Shown here: piece after piece, positions 11,890-24,530 of the stretch
Numbering within the stretch: the stretch's first letter is position 1
Layout of the letters: every line of letters begins with the position of its first letter
Source: Octopus vulgaris
Lineage: Eukaryota
Direction of reading: 5' to 3'
DNA length: 64,000 nt
Assembly (NCBI GenBank): GCA_951406725.2
Contig: OX597817.1
Location: 129,022,001 to 129,086,000 of the forward strand
The notes under the pieces: generated by a model
Database searches by the model: none
What the model was told of the DNA's origin: nothing
The model's input: only the letters and a program-made list of their open reading frames with translations
Made by a program: the position numbers and the translations under genes

Positions 11890-14330
11890 TCGAATATACC
11901 AGGGGCTTCTTTCCTTCCAGCTTCTTTCATGGCTGATTCTTCCTATGATAAAAGCGCAGCTTCTGTCACATTACTTGCATACCAAGAGGGTGGCTCGGCG
12001 CTCTGCATTTCTGTTGTTTTCCTTTCGCCGCCGACGCTTCTCAACTTGTTTGTTTCTGCCGCTGCTCTTTAGTGAAGCAGATCCTTCCTTCACCACAGTC
12101 CTCCTTGTTATTCTGTCCTCAGCCTTCTCTTCCCAGGTGCCGACATCCACCTTACACTTGGACAAACTAGTTTTGCAAGTGTCCTTATACCTCAGTTTTG
12201 GTCTTCTTCTTGGTCTCTTGCCCTGGTCCAGTTCTCTATAGAGCAATTGCTTCGGGATTTGATGGTCATCCATTCCCTTGACATGTCCCAACCACCTCAG
12301 TCTTCTCATACACAAGATAGCTGTCATGCTTTGAAGATTCGACTGGGCCAGTACTTCAACATTGGTGACCTTGTCGCGCCATATTAAGCCTAAGATCTTG
12401 CAAAGGCATCTTTCCTGTCTGCTGTACAAGGTCCATGCGTCAGATACATAGAGGAGTGTGTTGAGAACACTTGCTTCATAAATCCCAATCTTTGTCTTGA
12501 TCTCTAATCTCTTGTTCTTCCATACTCGCTTTGTCAGCCTTCCAAAAGTTGTTGCTGCCTTCCCTGTCCTGACGTTAACCCCATCAAGTGAAGTATTAGA
12601 GGAAATGGTAGACCCTAGATAGCAGAACCTGTCCACTGTCTTTGTCATCAAGGTTGATATGGCCTTTCACTGTGCCCTCCTGAGTGAAAATGACAGTCTT
12701 CTTTACACTGATGACCAAACCGAAGGCCTTGCATGCTGATGATAGGTGGTCCATCATTATTTATAGAGTTAATTCACTGTGAGCAACAAGCGCCGCATCG
12801 TTGGCGAAGAGAAAGTCTCTTATTGCTGCTCTATTGTTCTTGGTCTTGTCCCGAAGTGTAGAAAGATCAAAGAGGGACCCATCAGTTCTCCAACAAAAGG
12901 AGACATCTCCCGGTGACTCTTGAAATGCATACTGCAGCAATACAGCAAAGTAAATGCTGAAAAGGATTGGTGCTAAGACACAACCTTGTTTTACTCCGCT
13001 GTTGATGTTGAAGCTATCTGATATTAAACCGTCAAACTGAATGGTAGCCTTCATGTCATCATGGAACGAAACAATGAGCTGCAGCAGTATTGGGGGGCAG
13101 TCACATTTTCCAAGCACCATGTACAGTCCTGATCTGCTAATTGTATCAAATGCCTTTGTCAGATCGATAAATGCTATATATACTGGTAATTGATGTTCCG
13201 GCATTTTTCTTGTAGTTGACGAATGGAGATCATATCCATAGTTGAGCGGTTAGATCTAAAACCGCGCTGGCTCTCTGGTAGTACTCTTTCTGCTAGCTTC
13301 TGAAGTCGTTTCATAATGATCCTCGCAAAAGCTTTTCCAGTGATGCTCAGCAGTGAGATGCATCTGTAGTTATTGGAATCTCCCTTTTCCCCTTTATTTT
13401 TGTAGAGAGTGATGATCTTGGGATCTCTCATATCCTGTGGAATTTTTACTTCCAGCCAACACGTCTTTAGTAACTTGTATAAATGTGGAAGGAGGACATC
13501 TTTGTTCTCTTTCAACGCTTTAGCAGGTATATTGTCATTTCCGGGTGCTTTTCCGCTTGCAAGTCCATCGATTGCATTGGAGAGTTCTTCCGTTGGTGGT
13601 ATATTAAGTTCTTTCATTTCGGGGAACTGAGGAATGGATTCATCAAGCTGTCTATCAACATCTCGCTCCTTTGTGTGCAATTTAGAGTAATGTTCCACCG
13701 ATCTTTCCATTTGTTTCTTCTTGTCCGTCAACTGGTCACCTGTTGCAGACTTGAGAGGTGCAACTTTACTCACTGTTGGTCCGATAGCAACTCTAATCTA
13801 AGGCGGCGAGCTGGCAGAATCATTAGCACGCCGGGCGGAATGCCTAGCGGTATTTCGTCTGCCGCTACGTTCTATGTTCAAATTCCGCCGAGGTCGACTT
13901 TGCCTTTCATCCTTTCGGGATCGATAAATTAAGTACCAGCTACGCACTGGGGTCGAGATAATCGACTTAATCCGTTTGTCTATCCTTGTTTGTCCTCTCT
14001 GTGTGTAACCCCTTGTGGGCAGTAAAGAAATAAGCAACTCTAATCTTCTCATACATTTTCCTTATGTTACCCATATATCTCGCCTATTGAATTTCTAAGC
14101 CTTATTTAACCACTTACTGGTTGGCACATTTTCTAGTTTCTATTTGAAGGCTGGATTTTGCAGCACGTAGCTGTTGTTTAGTACTTTCTGTTGGCTTTCT
14201 ATTGTGTTTTATGAATATCTTGTGCTTTTCCTCAAGTAATGGCATTAGTATTGATGCATTGGCTTCGATCCAGTCCTCCTTGGAAAGTCAATCCGCTCCA
14301 AAGTCCCTCGACGCAGAGTAATCATATATT
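11890..14330 (-). pseudogene. RTE-clade LINE, 5'-truncated and frameshifted reverse transcriptase
   Basis: ORFs 13174-13773, 12761-13204 and 11971-12651 give KAPGNDNIP, NYRCISLLSITGKAFAR, FIDLTKAFD, GVKQGCVLAPILF, FLFAND (degenerate YADD), FCYLGS, RRLRWLGHV and PKQLLYREL...PKLRYKD. Confidence 0.92.
13800..14032 (+). mobile_element. SINE family B inserted in the RTE, with a 14-bp TSD
   Basis: AGCAACTCTAATCT occurs at both 13786-13799 and 14033-14046. Confidence 0.9.
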
Positions 14331-14353
14331 ACTGATTTCATGTTCGGATCGAC

Positions 14354-14437
<84 letters not shown>

Positions 14438-14534
14438 ACGGGAAGGTTTACGAAAATAAACAAAAGACGAAGGCAGGTGGAGTACAAACAAACAATTGTA
14501 TTAGTATGGCGCTCAGGAATAGAAATAAAACAAG

Positions 14535-14572
14535 TCTTTTACGTTTCGAGCCTATGATCTTCGACAGAAAGA
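14535..14572 (-). ncRNA. Minimal type-I hammerhead-like motif in a PLE pLTR remnant (about 14437-14720) flanked by (TA)n
   Basis: Minus strand reads TCTTT-CTGTCGA-A-GATC-ATAG-GCTC-GAAA-CG-TA-AAAGA. Stem I is perfect, stem III is the ACGT palindrome, and there is an A6T substitution. Confidence 0.65.
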
Positions 14573-14719
14573 TACACAGAAAAGAAACAAGGAGAGAAAC
14601 AAGGAGAGAAAAAAATGCGTGTAGGGGCTAACGATCCAACATGGCGTTCTGATTTCAGAGGTCAGACGTTAGACGCTAGAGGGATAATAGGGGAGATAAC
14701 AGGGTCAAGTGACTTCTTA

Positions 14720-14766
<47 letters not shown>

Positions 14767-15199
14767 GGAGAGGGAGAGAGAGAGAGAGAGAGAGAGAGGA
14801 AGAGAGATGTATATATATTTTTGTGGGGGAGGGATAATAGGGCAACCAGTGATGAATTTGTTGCTTTTTAAACGCAAGGGTCAGAAAGTAAATGGTAGGA
14901 AGCAGTGATAACATTACGTAACAGTCATAATCTGTAGGATATATCAAGCAATGTATTAATGTATTTTCTGAGATGTGAGATTGGCGTCTCACCTGCTACA
15001 TTGGAATCTAGATCTAAGTTCAACTTCTTTACACAACTTCTTTACACACAAACATGCATGCGCGCACACACACGCACACACACACGTAAACACATATACA
15101 CGCACGCATACAGAAGCACACACACGCGCAGACACACACATATGCACGCATATAGACATGCGCACACATACACACACACGCACGCACACACATATACAC

Positions 15200-16150
15200 A
15201 CCAAGTTGAGTCGAAATTATTTTCGCATATCAAGTTTAAATTAATAGTCCAAGCAAATTATAAACGAAAGGCATTTATTCATCAAAATATACCCCACCAT
15301 ATTGTCTGTTACCATCATTGTATCAGAAGCTCACTTCCACGCGTATACCATTTGGATGGTACAGATGCGAAAATATCTCTTGCAAGCGTTCTCAATGTGA
15401 TCCGTGCAGAAATGAGCCATGGATTGGAAAAGCTGGTAATCTGATGGTATAAGGTCTTGAGTGTAGGTAGGGTTAAGGCAACACGTGTGGCCCATCAAGT
15501 CCCGTAAGTTTGTGCTTGATCATATAGCCAGTGGGTGTTGGGACATTATGGGCAATTTCATGTGCGCGTCTTCGATTGAACAATGCTGTGTAGCGGGCTT
15601 TCAAGGCATCATATATTCGTCCCATTTGTTGAGCGTAAGAAAGTTAGCGATCACAGCATGACCAAATGGGGCAAGTTCAAAGTGCAAGCCCCTCTCGAAA
15701 TTCCACCAAACACATGACCATCTGTTCAAACTGCCCTCGATTAACGACAAGTTCTGAAGCCTGTCCTGAATGAATCCACTGTCTTGCGGAACTTGACGAA
15801 CGTGTGCCACAAAATTGGTTCACACGTTTCAAGATAAGTGACATCAGCCTTAGAGAAAGCTACTGTAGGTGGAAGAAGAGGTGTTGCTTGAAATGGTTGA
15901 ACGACAGTCATGCACCAAACATTCGAACTTTGTCGATAGTGTTTCACAATGCAAAATAAATTGATATCAACATTATCTCGGCCTTGTGAACTGATGTGGT
16001 TGAGAAGCTTCTCGTGAACAGACTAATGCCGAGACTCAATGACGTATGAATGTTTGTAAATAGCAGCTGGCAAAGTTTCGATATGTCATTTTTGGCATCG
16101 ATTTGTAAATGGTGATAAAAATGGATATATTTTCATAATTCTAGCAAGAG
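15200..16150 (-). pseudogene. Highly decayed mariner transposase
   Basis: Minus strand about 15480-15330 gives PTYTQDLIPSDYQLFQSMAHF (compare PPYSPDLAPSDYHLF), then IFASVPSKWYTRG. Confidence 0.6.
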
Positions 16151-16225
16151 TGTCTGTTTCTCTACTGTAGCAAGTCTGACTGCCTGTCTGTCTGTCTGTT
16201 TATCTATCTATCTATTTTAGATTGG

Positions 16226-16299
<74 letters not shown>

Positions 16300-17532
16300 C
16301 GAGAAGTGTTCATTAAAGATTTCACTTGAGCCACTTCCCAAGGACTGGGATAAACGAAACTTGATATAATTATTAGTCCTTCTCTTGCCACCGCCAATGG
16401 TGACATACTTCTGCCATCGCTTTATCCACTTGTGATGACCTTGTCGGTAGAAGTCGGTAATTTGCGTCTGGAGCCAAGATTTTACCTCGGAAATAAGTCC
16501 ATCATCATCCAAAAAGTGCTTCTCCTTCAAAAAAGTCTTCATGGTTTGAACGAGCTGTCAGTTTGTCAGATGGTGCACAGTTGGGAGAGTAAGAGGGATG
16601 AGGAAAGGTTTCATAGCCGTAGGAGTATGCTTTCATCTGAGCAATATGTGCATTGTGAACCGGGGCGTTGTCTTAGGGGAGACGGACTTCTTTGATCAGC
16701 ATGCCACCACTCTCTGCTTTGATGGCGTCCTGTAATTTCTGCAGCAGAGAAGCATAATATGTTCCGTTAATTGTGGTACCCTTTGCCAGAAAATCCATCA
16801 TCACTACTCTGTGTTGGTCTCAAAAAACTGAGCATCACCTTGCCTTCTTTGGAAGTTATCATGCTTCCATTGCTTCGGTTGGACTTTAATCTCAGGATTA
16901 TAGTGATGGACCTATGTTTAATCCTTTGTGATAAGTCTGCCGGAAAAGTTTTCCTCGTTTTCTTGACACATTGTCAAAAGAGCCTGAGAGCAATTGACTC
17001 GTTCTTGCTTCTGAATCCATCATGCAGACGACTTCCGCATGTGCAAATGGTCGTGAATAACTCTTTCCATGGACCCTACACTTATCTTCACTATTTGGGC
17101 TAGTTGCCGAATAGTTATGTGGTGATACTTCAAAATGGCGGCTTCCACTTTATGGACGGTGTCGTCATCAATGGCAGAATGTAGTCATCCAGGAATAGGA
17201 GAAGTTTCCCTCGATGTCCGAGCACATTTGAACTTGCAATGCCAGTGCTTGGCTACGTCATATGATGGTGCATCGTCACCATAAACTTCTATCCTCTCAC
17301 CGAAAGTCTCTTTTGGTGTACGACCTTTGAAGTATAAGAACCTGCTCACTGATCTGCATTCAAATGCCTCCATTATAACGACTCCAGCAGCCGTAAAAGA
17401 CAAACGAATACTAGTGGGAAGCTGAAATTTACAATGTGACATGTAGAGACATGTATGATTATAACTGTACAAGTTCCGTTTCCTACAATAACCGGAAGGA
17501 GGTTAGGGGAAATCCTTAATGAACACTCCTTG
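16300..17532 (-). mobile_element. Mariner transposon with both TIRs and a decayed transposase, inserted in (TAGA)n
   Basis: TA|CGAGAAGTGTTCATTAAAGATTTC ... GAAATCCTTAATGAACACTCCTTG|TA. The N-terminus is MEAFECRSVSRFLYFKGRTPKETF...YGDDAPSYDVAKHW and the C-terminus is MKTFLKEKHFLDDDGLISEVKSWL...FYRQG..KWIKRWQK. Confidence 0.9.
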
Positions 17533-17598
<66 letters not shown>

Positions 17599-18012
17599 TG
17601 TTCACAACATATACCGAGTGCTATATGTATTCTTGAAAGTAAATATATGTATGTATGCATGTATGTGTGCGCGCGTGCTACGTGTGTGTATGTATGTGTG
17701 TATGTATGTAAGGGAATTCTTGATTCAATTTTTTTGCGTGTACGTATTTGTGTGTGTGCGTGCGCGTGCGTGTGTGTGTAATAGTGCGATATAAAATGGT
17801 CATTAAAGGAATTACAACGGGACAATAGCATCTGAGCAAAACAAACAATAAAAGATCAAATACATAAATATATAAGCAAGCATAGACTTTTCTTCCATGT
17901 ATGAAAAAAAAAAAGCGTGCGGGTATAAAATATATTAAATTGCCATTATTGATGACAATGCCTGAAGATATTAGTGAAAGAAACAGAAAAGTGAATGTGT
18001 GTGTGTGTATGT

Positions 18013-18069
<57 letters not shown>

Positions 18070-19781
18070 GTGTGTGTGTGTGTGTGTGTGTGTGTGGATA
18101 AAAGCGACACAGGGTCCGGAAGAGAGAGAGGGTGGTTAAGAGGTTAAGCAAAACACAGGAATAGATAAAAAGAAAGAGAGAGGGAGCATGAAAAATAAAG
18201 AAAAGAAGAATGTTCTCTTAATAAATAGACTTACATTGCTCTTTATTAATGAGCTGAGCAGATGTTGTCGCTTGATGTTAAATTCCTTTATTATTGGCCA
18301 GTGAGTATACAAGGATTATGCCTGGATTAGTATAACGTTTATCCTTCAGACATGCATATAAAGATAAAGACACTTAAGCATTTACGAAGTGCTCTACTTT
18401 CGTTTTATCATTATTATCAATATTACTAAAATCCTTTGTATGTGGGCTTTTTTTTATTTTGCATTAGTTTTTATTGTGTGCATAATAGGCGCTGGTGACA
18501 ATAATAAAAAAAATTATTATCGTTCTTAGTAAGAGGACAAAGGCAGTGGATTGACTGAATCGCTAGAGTGTCGGAAAAGCATGCTCTGCAATGTTTGTTT
18601 TGACTCCATACGTCCAAGGCTCAAATCCCGTCTGCGTAAACATTGCCTTTCATTTTTCCGTCATCGATAAAATAAGATACCAGGCAAGTACTGGAATCAG
18701 TTTCAACACAATGTACTTCTGATAAAGTACATTGTGTTGGAAGAATCATAAGAGTTTCGAACAAAATGCCTTGTGGTATTTAATTTGTTCCTATTCTTTA
18801 CTTTCTAAGTTCAACTCCATCCCTAACATTGTTCTTTATTCTTCCACGTTAGAATATTGGGATCGATTGTTCCTTCCAGCTAGATTTTCAATTATATATT
18901 TTTGTTAATTTCTATTAAACGCAGGTGACAAAATACCACAAGGCCTTTTGTTCTGGTTCTTTACGTTAACAGTTTATATGCTGTTTTCTTCACATGGTCG
19001 ATAAAATAAAGTATTAGAGGAATATGGTTGGTTTAATCAACTACCTTCCCTCTCCAATTTTTTTGCCTTGTGGTTATGCTAGAAGTTATACTTATCATGA
19101 TTGCTATTAGATCCGTTTTATGATAGAATTAGTAGGTCGCTGAAGAAAAGACATTCCATTTTAGCCATGTAACATTAACGTTCTTATTTCTAATGTTGCA
19201 GAGATAAATTTTGACCTATCCTGTGCTCGAAGTTAATCGATGTCACAGTAGCATTTATGTACTGGTATTTATCTCCACTACCTGAAACATATCATATTGC
19301 GCCTATGTTAGAAATCATTATTATTATTGGCTTTAAATTTTGGCACAAGGCCAGTAATTTCAGGGGAGAGAGTTAGTCAATTAAATCGACTCCTGTACGC
19401 AGTTGGTACTTATTTTATCGACCCCGAAAGGATGAAAAGCAAAGTCAACATCGAGGGAATTTGGAAGCAGAACGTAAAGACGGACGAAATGCCACTAAGC
19501 ATTTTGACTGGTGGGCTAATGGTTCTTCCATCGCGTCGACTAATCATCATTATTATTAACATGAAGAACAATGGGGTGCTTGGATCATTACAACATCGAA
19601 CAAAATGCATTGCGGTATCTAGTTACGGATCTTTACTTTCTGAGTTCGAATTTCGCCGAGGTCGATTTTTACCTTTCCTCCTTTCGGGATCGATAAAATA
19701 AGTACCAGTCCAGTACGATGGCCTATATAATCAACTACCCGCTTCCTCAAAATGTCAGGCTTTGAGCTCGTAGTAGAAAGG

Positions 19782-19844
<63 letters not shown>

Positions 19845-19879
19845 GTCTTTGTTGTTGGGTTATTGTTGTTTTTTTACAC

Positions 19880-20760
19880 ACATTCTTTCGTGGAATGGAT
19901 AAAGGAGGAGTTTGTCTGCATGACCATAAAAACTAGGAAAATAATGACTATGCATAGCTGCCGTCGTACTAGAAGTAACGCAGCGAAGCTTTGCATAACC
20001 AGGGAGGAAGGTGGAAGAAGATTGGTTGGAAAAGACAATAGTGTTAAAAAATAGATCACGTCCTTGCATACCTGTCTGAGAAATTAGGGTTATGGTTAGA
20101 AATACTGAGAAATAGCGACGAAAGAATGTTGCAGGTTGTATTGAAAGAGAAGGTTATCAGTGACAATGATGAGGCCTTTCAGGAGTACAAAGTGACGAAT
20201 AATAAAAGAAAGATCATCAACTGGAAAGAGAAAACCCTATACGAGGATTTTTTTCCCTGCAAACATTGAATGAAGCTGATGAAGAATTCTGGAGATAGTT
20301 AACTCATGGATTTTTAAAGGAGCCAGAAGGACTGACCTTTGCTACCCAAGAACAAACTTTACGAACCAACTCAATCAAGTGTAGCATTGACAAGACAGTA
20401 GTATCACCTTTGTGTAGATTATGTGAACAATCATCTGAGACAGTTAGACATATAATTAGTGGATACTCAAAACTGTCTCAAAAGAAGCACACACAAAAAA
20501 ATCGCCTCGACAAATTTGCGAATACACTGGTAGTTATGCAGGAAATATGGGCTAGAATGTTCCAGCAAGGATATGAGCATTAATCATTGCCAGTAGCAGA
20601 GAATGATCGTATGAAACTCAAACTCACGTGGGATGTGTCAGCCTACAAGCTGCAACATAACCGACGGAAAGAGTCGAAAGAATGGACATTCATCGACATA
20701 GCTAAAACTAAAGACCAGAATATTGTGAAGAGGAGACAGAAAAAAGTGGAAAAGTACTAA
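19880..20760 (+). pseudogene. R4/Dong-like (RLE) non-LTR retrotransposon 3' remnant
   Basis: Manual translation gives LCITREEGGRRL, QEQTLRTNSIKCSIDKTVVSPLCRLCEQSSETVRHIISG (zinc knuckle), HNR and FIDIA. It is flanked by (ATT)n at 19781-19844 and (CTA)n at 20783-20842. Confidence 0.7.
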
Positions 20761-20782
20761 GACGAAGCATTTATTATTCTTT

Positions 20783-20842
<60 letters not shown>

Positions 20843-21858
20843 AGGCAGTGAGTTGACTAAATAGCATGCCGGAGAAAATGCTTAGTGACATTTCGTCCGT
20901 CTTTACGTTCTGAGTTAAAATTCTTCCGCGCTCGACTTTGCATTTCAAGCTTTCGCTGTCGGCAAAACAAGTACAACTTCAGTACAGGGGTCGATGTAAT
21001 AGACTAACTTCGTTCCCCACAAAGTTTCAGGTAGAAAGAAATACTGTTATTGTCAAGAAGGCGAACTGGCAGAAATGCATAGCGAGACGGGCAAAATGTT
21101 TAGCGCCATTTCGTTCGTCTTCACGTTCTGAGTTCAGTTTCCACTGAAGTCGACTTGGCCTTTCATCTTTTCGGGGTCGATGAAATAATTATCAGTTGCG
21201 CGTCGGGATCGATATTACCGACAAGCCCCAAATCCACAAAATTTCAGGTCTTGTGCCTATAGTTGGAAGGATTGATAAGAGAGATGAAATGGCAGTACCA
21301 GTAATGCATCGGATACTGCGTTTTTAATTTATGGCTATTCACGTTTTGTGTTCAAATCAGGCTGCGGTAAACTTTGCATTTCATCCCTCTGATAAAATGA
21401 ATTATCTGTCAAGTAGGCAATCAATATGACACCTAACCTCGCCCAACCGAAGAAAAAATTGCTGGGAATGCACCTGAATTAGAATCAATTATTATTATCA
21501 TAAAGAGCGGCCTAATGGCAAAATCGTTAGAGCTTCGGATGAAATACCATGTGCTATTTTGTAGTGGTCCTTTACATCGTGAAATCAAAATCTTGTTTGC
21601 AGCAATTCTGTAATTCATCATAGCAGGAAGCATCAAATAAAATACCAGTTATTAAGTATGAAAATGAATTTCCTCAACTTGCCAATCCGCCCCGAAACGT
21701 ATGACTGTGATTATGTTAGAAATAATTAGCTTCATGAATGACAATAAATCCTAAGTTTATGTAAATAAATTCAAGTCGTGGCGCATAAAAACGAAACTAA
21801 GACATACTTAGCCAGAAAGAGAGTAAAAAACTCAACATAACATAATATCTAATAAATG

Positions 21859-22398
21859 ATTTGTAGGTGCATGAAACTTCGTTATGCAAACTTAACATAC
21901 TATAAAATATACTAAATGTTTTTGTTTTTATAAGTCAGCAGCACGTTCTACTGCGTCAGCAGTGCTTCTTATATTATTTTGTTAAGTTATTTCTACAGAT
22001 ACTCTATAGAAATCATAATCAGCACTGATTTTTGCTACAACGTTTTGTATCGAGATGTAAACAAACAATAAGATCTGACGCAGTAGAACATGGTACTGAC
22101 TTATAAACATAAAACATTTAGTATACTTTAAGTTTGCATAACGAAATTCCATGTAACTACAAATCCCTAATGCTTACACACCAGCAAAATGCGTATATTC
22201 AATAACTTAACATCCCTGTATGTGGTGGCTATATAAGCAAATTGTTCGGATGCGAGAATGGGCTAGATGGGTGCTGATGAAGAGGCAACAAACCCCGAGA
22301 TATGGCATATACACTCATTATCCATTTTTGTCTTCGATTTCATTTGTTTGTTTACATTTGACATCTCGATGCGAAACATTGTAGCAAAAATCAGTGCT
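21859..22398. repeat. Nested inverted repeats (21859-21959 with 22075-22164; 22021-22070 with 22345-22398), probable rearranged PLE pLTR
   Basis: Reverse-complement matches read directly. The region contains a hammerhead motif. Confidence 0.7.
22267..22318 (+). ncRNA. Type-I hammerhead-like motif
   Basis: ATGGGTG-CTGATGA-A-GAGG-CAACAAA-CCCC-GAGA-TATG-G-CATA-TA-CACTCAT. Stem I is 7 bp, and GAAA is replaced by GAGA. Confidence 0.65.
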
Positions 22399-23181
22399 TT
22401 CATCTTTTCGGGGTCATTAAATTAAGTACCAGTTGTGTACTGGAGACGATGTAATCGACTGGCCCCCCTCACCAAAAATTTCGAGCTTTGTGCCTAGAGT
22501 AAAAAACGAATATATTTTTATTGTATCTTTCGAGCACGAGAAACAACTCTATGTATAGTCCTTAATTATTCTGACCCTACTAGCTAAGTAGCAACACCAT
22601 TCTTAACACGTGCATGTAATAACTGAAATTCGAAAGTAACACAAATTTAGTTCCGATCGGAATAAACAGAATTTCTTTTTTCTATGATGTTGTGAGTGTA
22701 GGAAACGACAAATAAACCGACCCCGAAAAAAACCCAAAAAAACTCACGAATGACAAAAATCGTGCTTCACCTTGCATTGCTCCACATTCATCCCCAAGAA
22801 ATAACGATAGAATCGAAATTAAATTATCATATTGAAATCTTGTTATGAAGAATTTCTGACGTTGACAGGAAATGCTAAGTAGATACATGTATTATATTGT
22901 CGGTATGTTCTGATTCTTGGGTCGGCTTTGCATTTTCTCACAATCACAACCGGATGTAAATGTAATTTGAGCCACATAAATTGCTTCACCATAAATTTCA
23001 TTTTCAACATGAACAGCACATTTGAATATATACTGCTGATTTATTTAAAATGTGTCACACATGCATACATGCATACAGATAAACACAGAAATACACATAC
23101 GACAGCGCACACAACACGCGCACACATATCAATACGCACTAATACGTACGATGTGTGTGCATGTTAATGTTTTTACTCATA

Positions 23182-23257
<76 letters not shown>

Positions 23258-24154
23258 AATATTTATATATATATACACACATTCACGCAAGCATACATAC
23301 ACAGATACACGCTCACCACACACACACACATTACACATGGACACACACACACACTCACACACATCACAAGGACCTACATATATACTCGCACACATTTCAT
23401 TGCAGCAGTGTTGGGGCACAGCCTTGTAGATTTTTCTCAATTAAATCGCCCCCACTACTTATTGTACTTGTTTTATTGAACCCTTTTCTCGAACCGTTAG
23501 ATTACAAGGGCACAAACAAACCAAAATTTGCTGTGAAGGCTTTGGTCGGCTCGAGAAGACACTTGCCCAAGGTGCAACGCAGCGGGACTGAATCCGGAAC
23601 TATGTGGTTGGTAAGCAAGCTACTTAATACAAAGCCGCTCCTGTCCCTATATACTATCAGCTCAGAAAATATTTTAAGTGACAAGAATTAAGATGAACTG
23701 AATATGTTTCATGAATTTTCACTAGTTCCACTGCATCTGCAGAAGAATATTTCTGAAACTGCGTTGAAACAGCTAAATTTTAACTCAGTATAAGCAAAAG
23801 AAATATGGTAGAGGATCTAGTTTGAACAATTCACATGAATGAATCTTTAGATATGACGTTAACGCAAAGAAACTTTTTGTTACACTGTAAAGTGTTCCCT
23901 TTTATATCGAAAGCAGGAAAAAGGCAAACCGCTCAAAAGTATCGGAGCGTTTCTCACTAGCTGAACAAGGTGAAGCGTATAGACTATTGAGTGAACGCGA
24001 AGCACAAAACGTCGGTGTTTATTTTATACGGGAAGCAAGTAACGCGAAACCGAGAATACTTGAAAATTATTGTCGAGACTATTATTCACTGCATAAGTAA
24101 ACAGTTCATCGAGGTCATGCAGTGAACTGCAGTAACTCCGGTGTTTTAATATTT

Positions 24155-24530
24155 TTTTCAAGGCCTGAAATTTTGGGGGAGGGTGCCAGTCGATAAGATC
24201 GACTCCAGTACGCAACTGGTACTTAATTTATCGACCCCGAAAGGATGAAAGGTAAAGTCGATCTCGGCGGAATTTGAACTCAGAATGTAGAGAGACGAAA
24301 TACCGCTAAGCATTTCGACCAGCGTGTTACCGTTTCTTATTTCTTTAATGCCCACAAGGGGTTAAACATAGAGGGGACAAACAAGGACAGACAAACGGAT
24401 TAAGTGGATTACATCGACCCCAGTGCGTAACTGGTACTTAATTTATTGACCTCGAAAGGATGAAAAGCAAAGTCAACCTCGTCGAAATTTGAACTCAGAA
24501 CGTAGCGGCAGACGAAATACCGCTAAGGTC
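24155..24530 (-). mobile_element. SINE family B dimer
   Basis: Two tandem central domains with two different tails. Confidence 0.75.
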
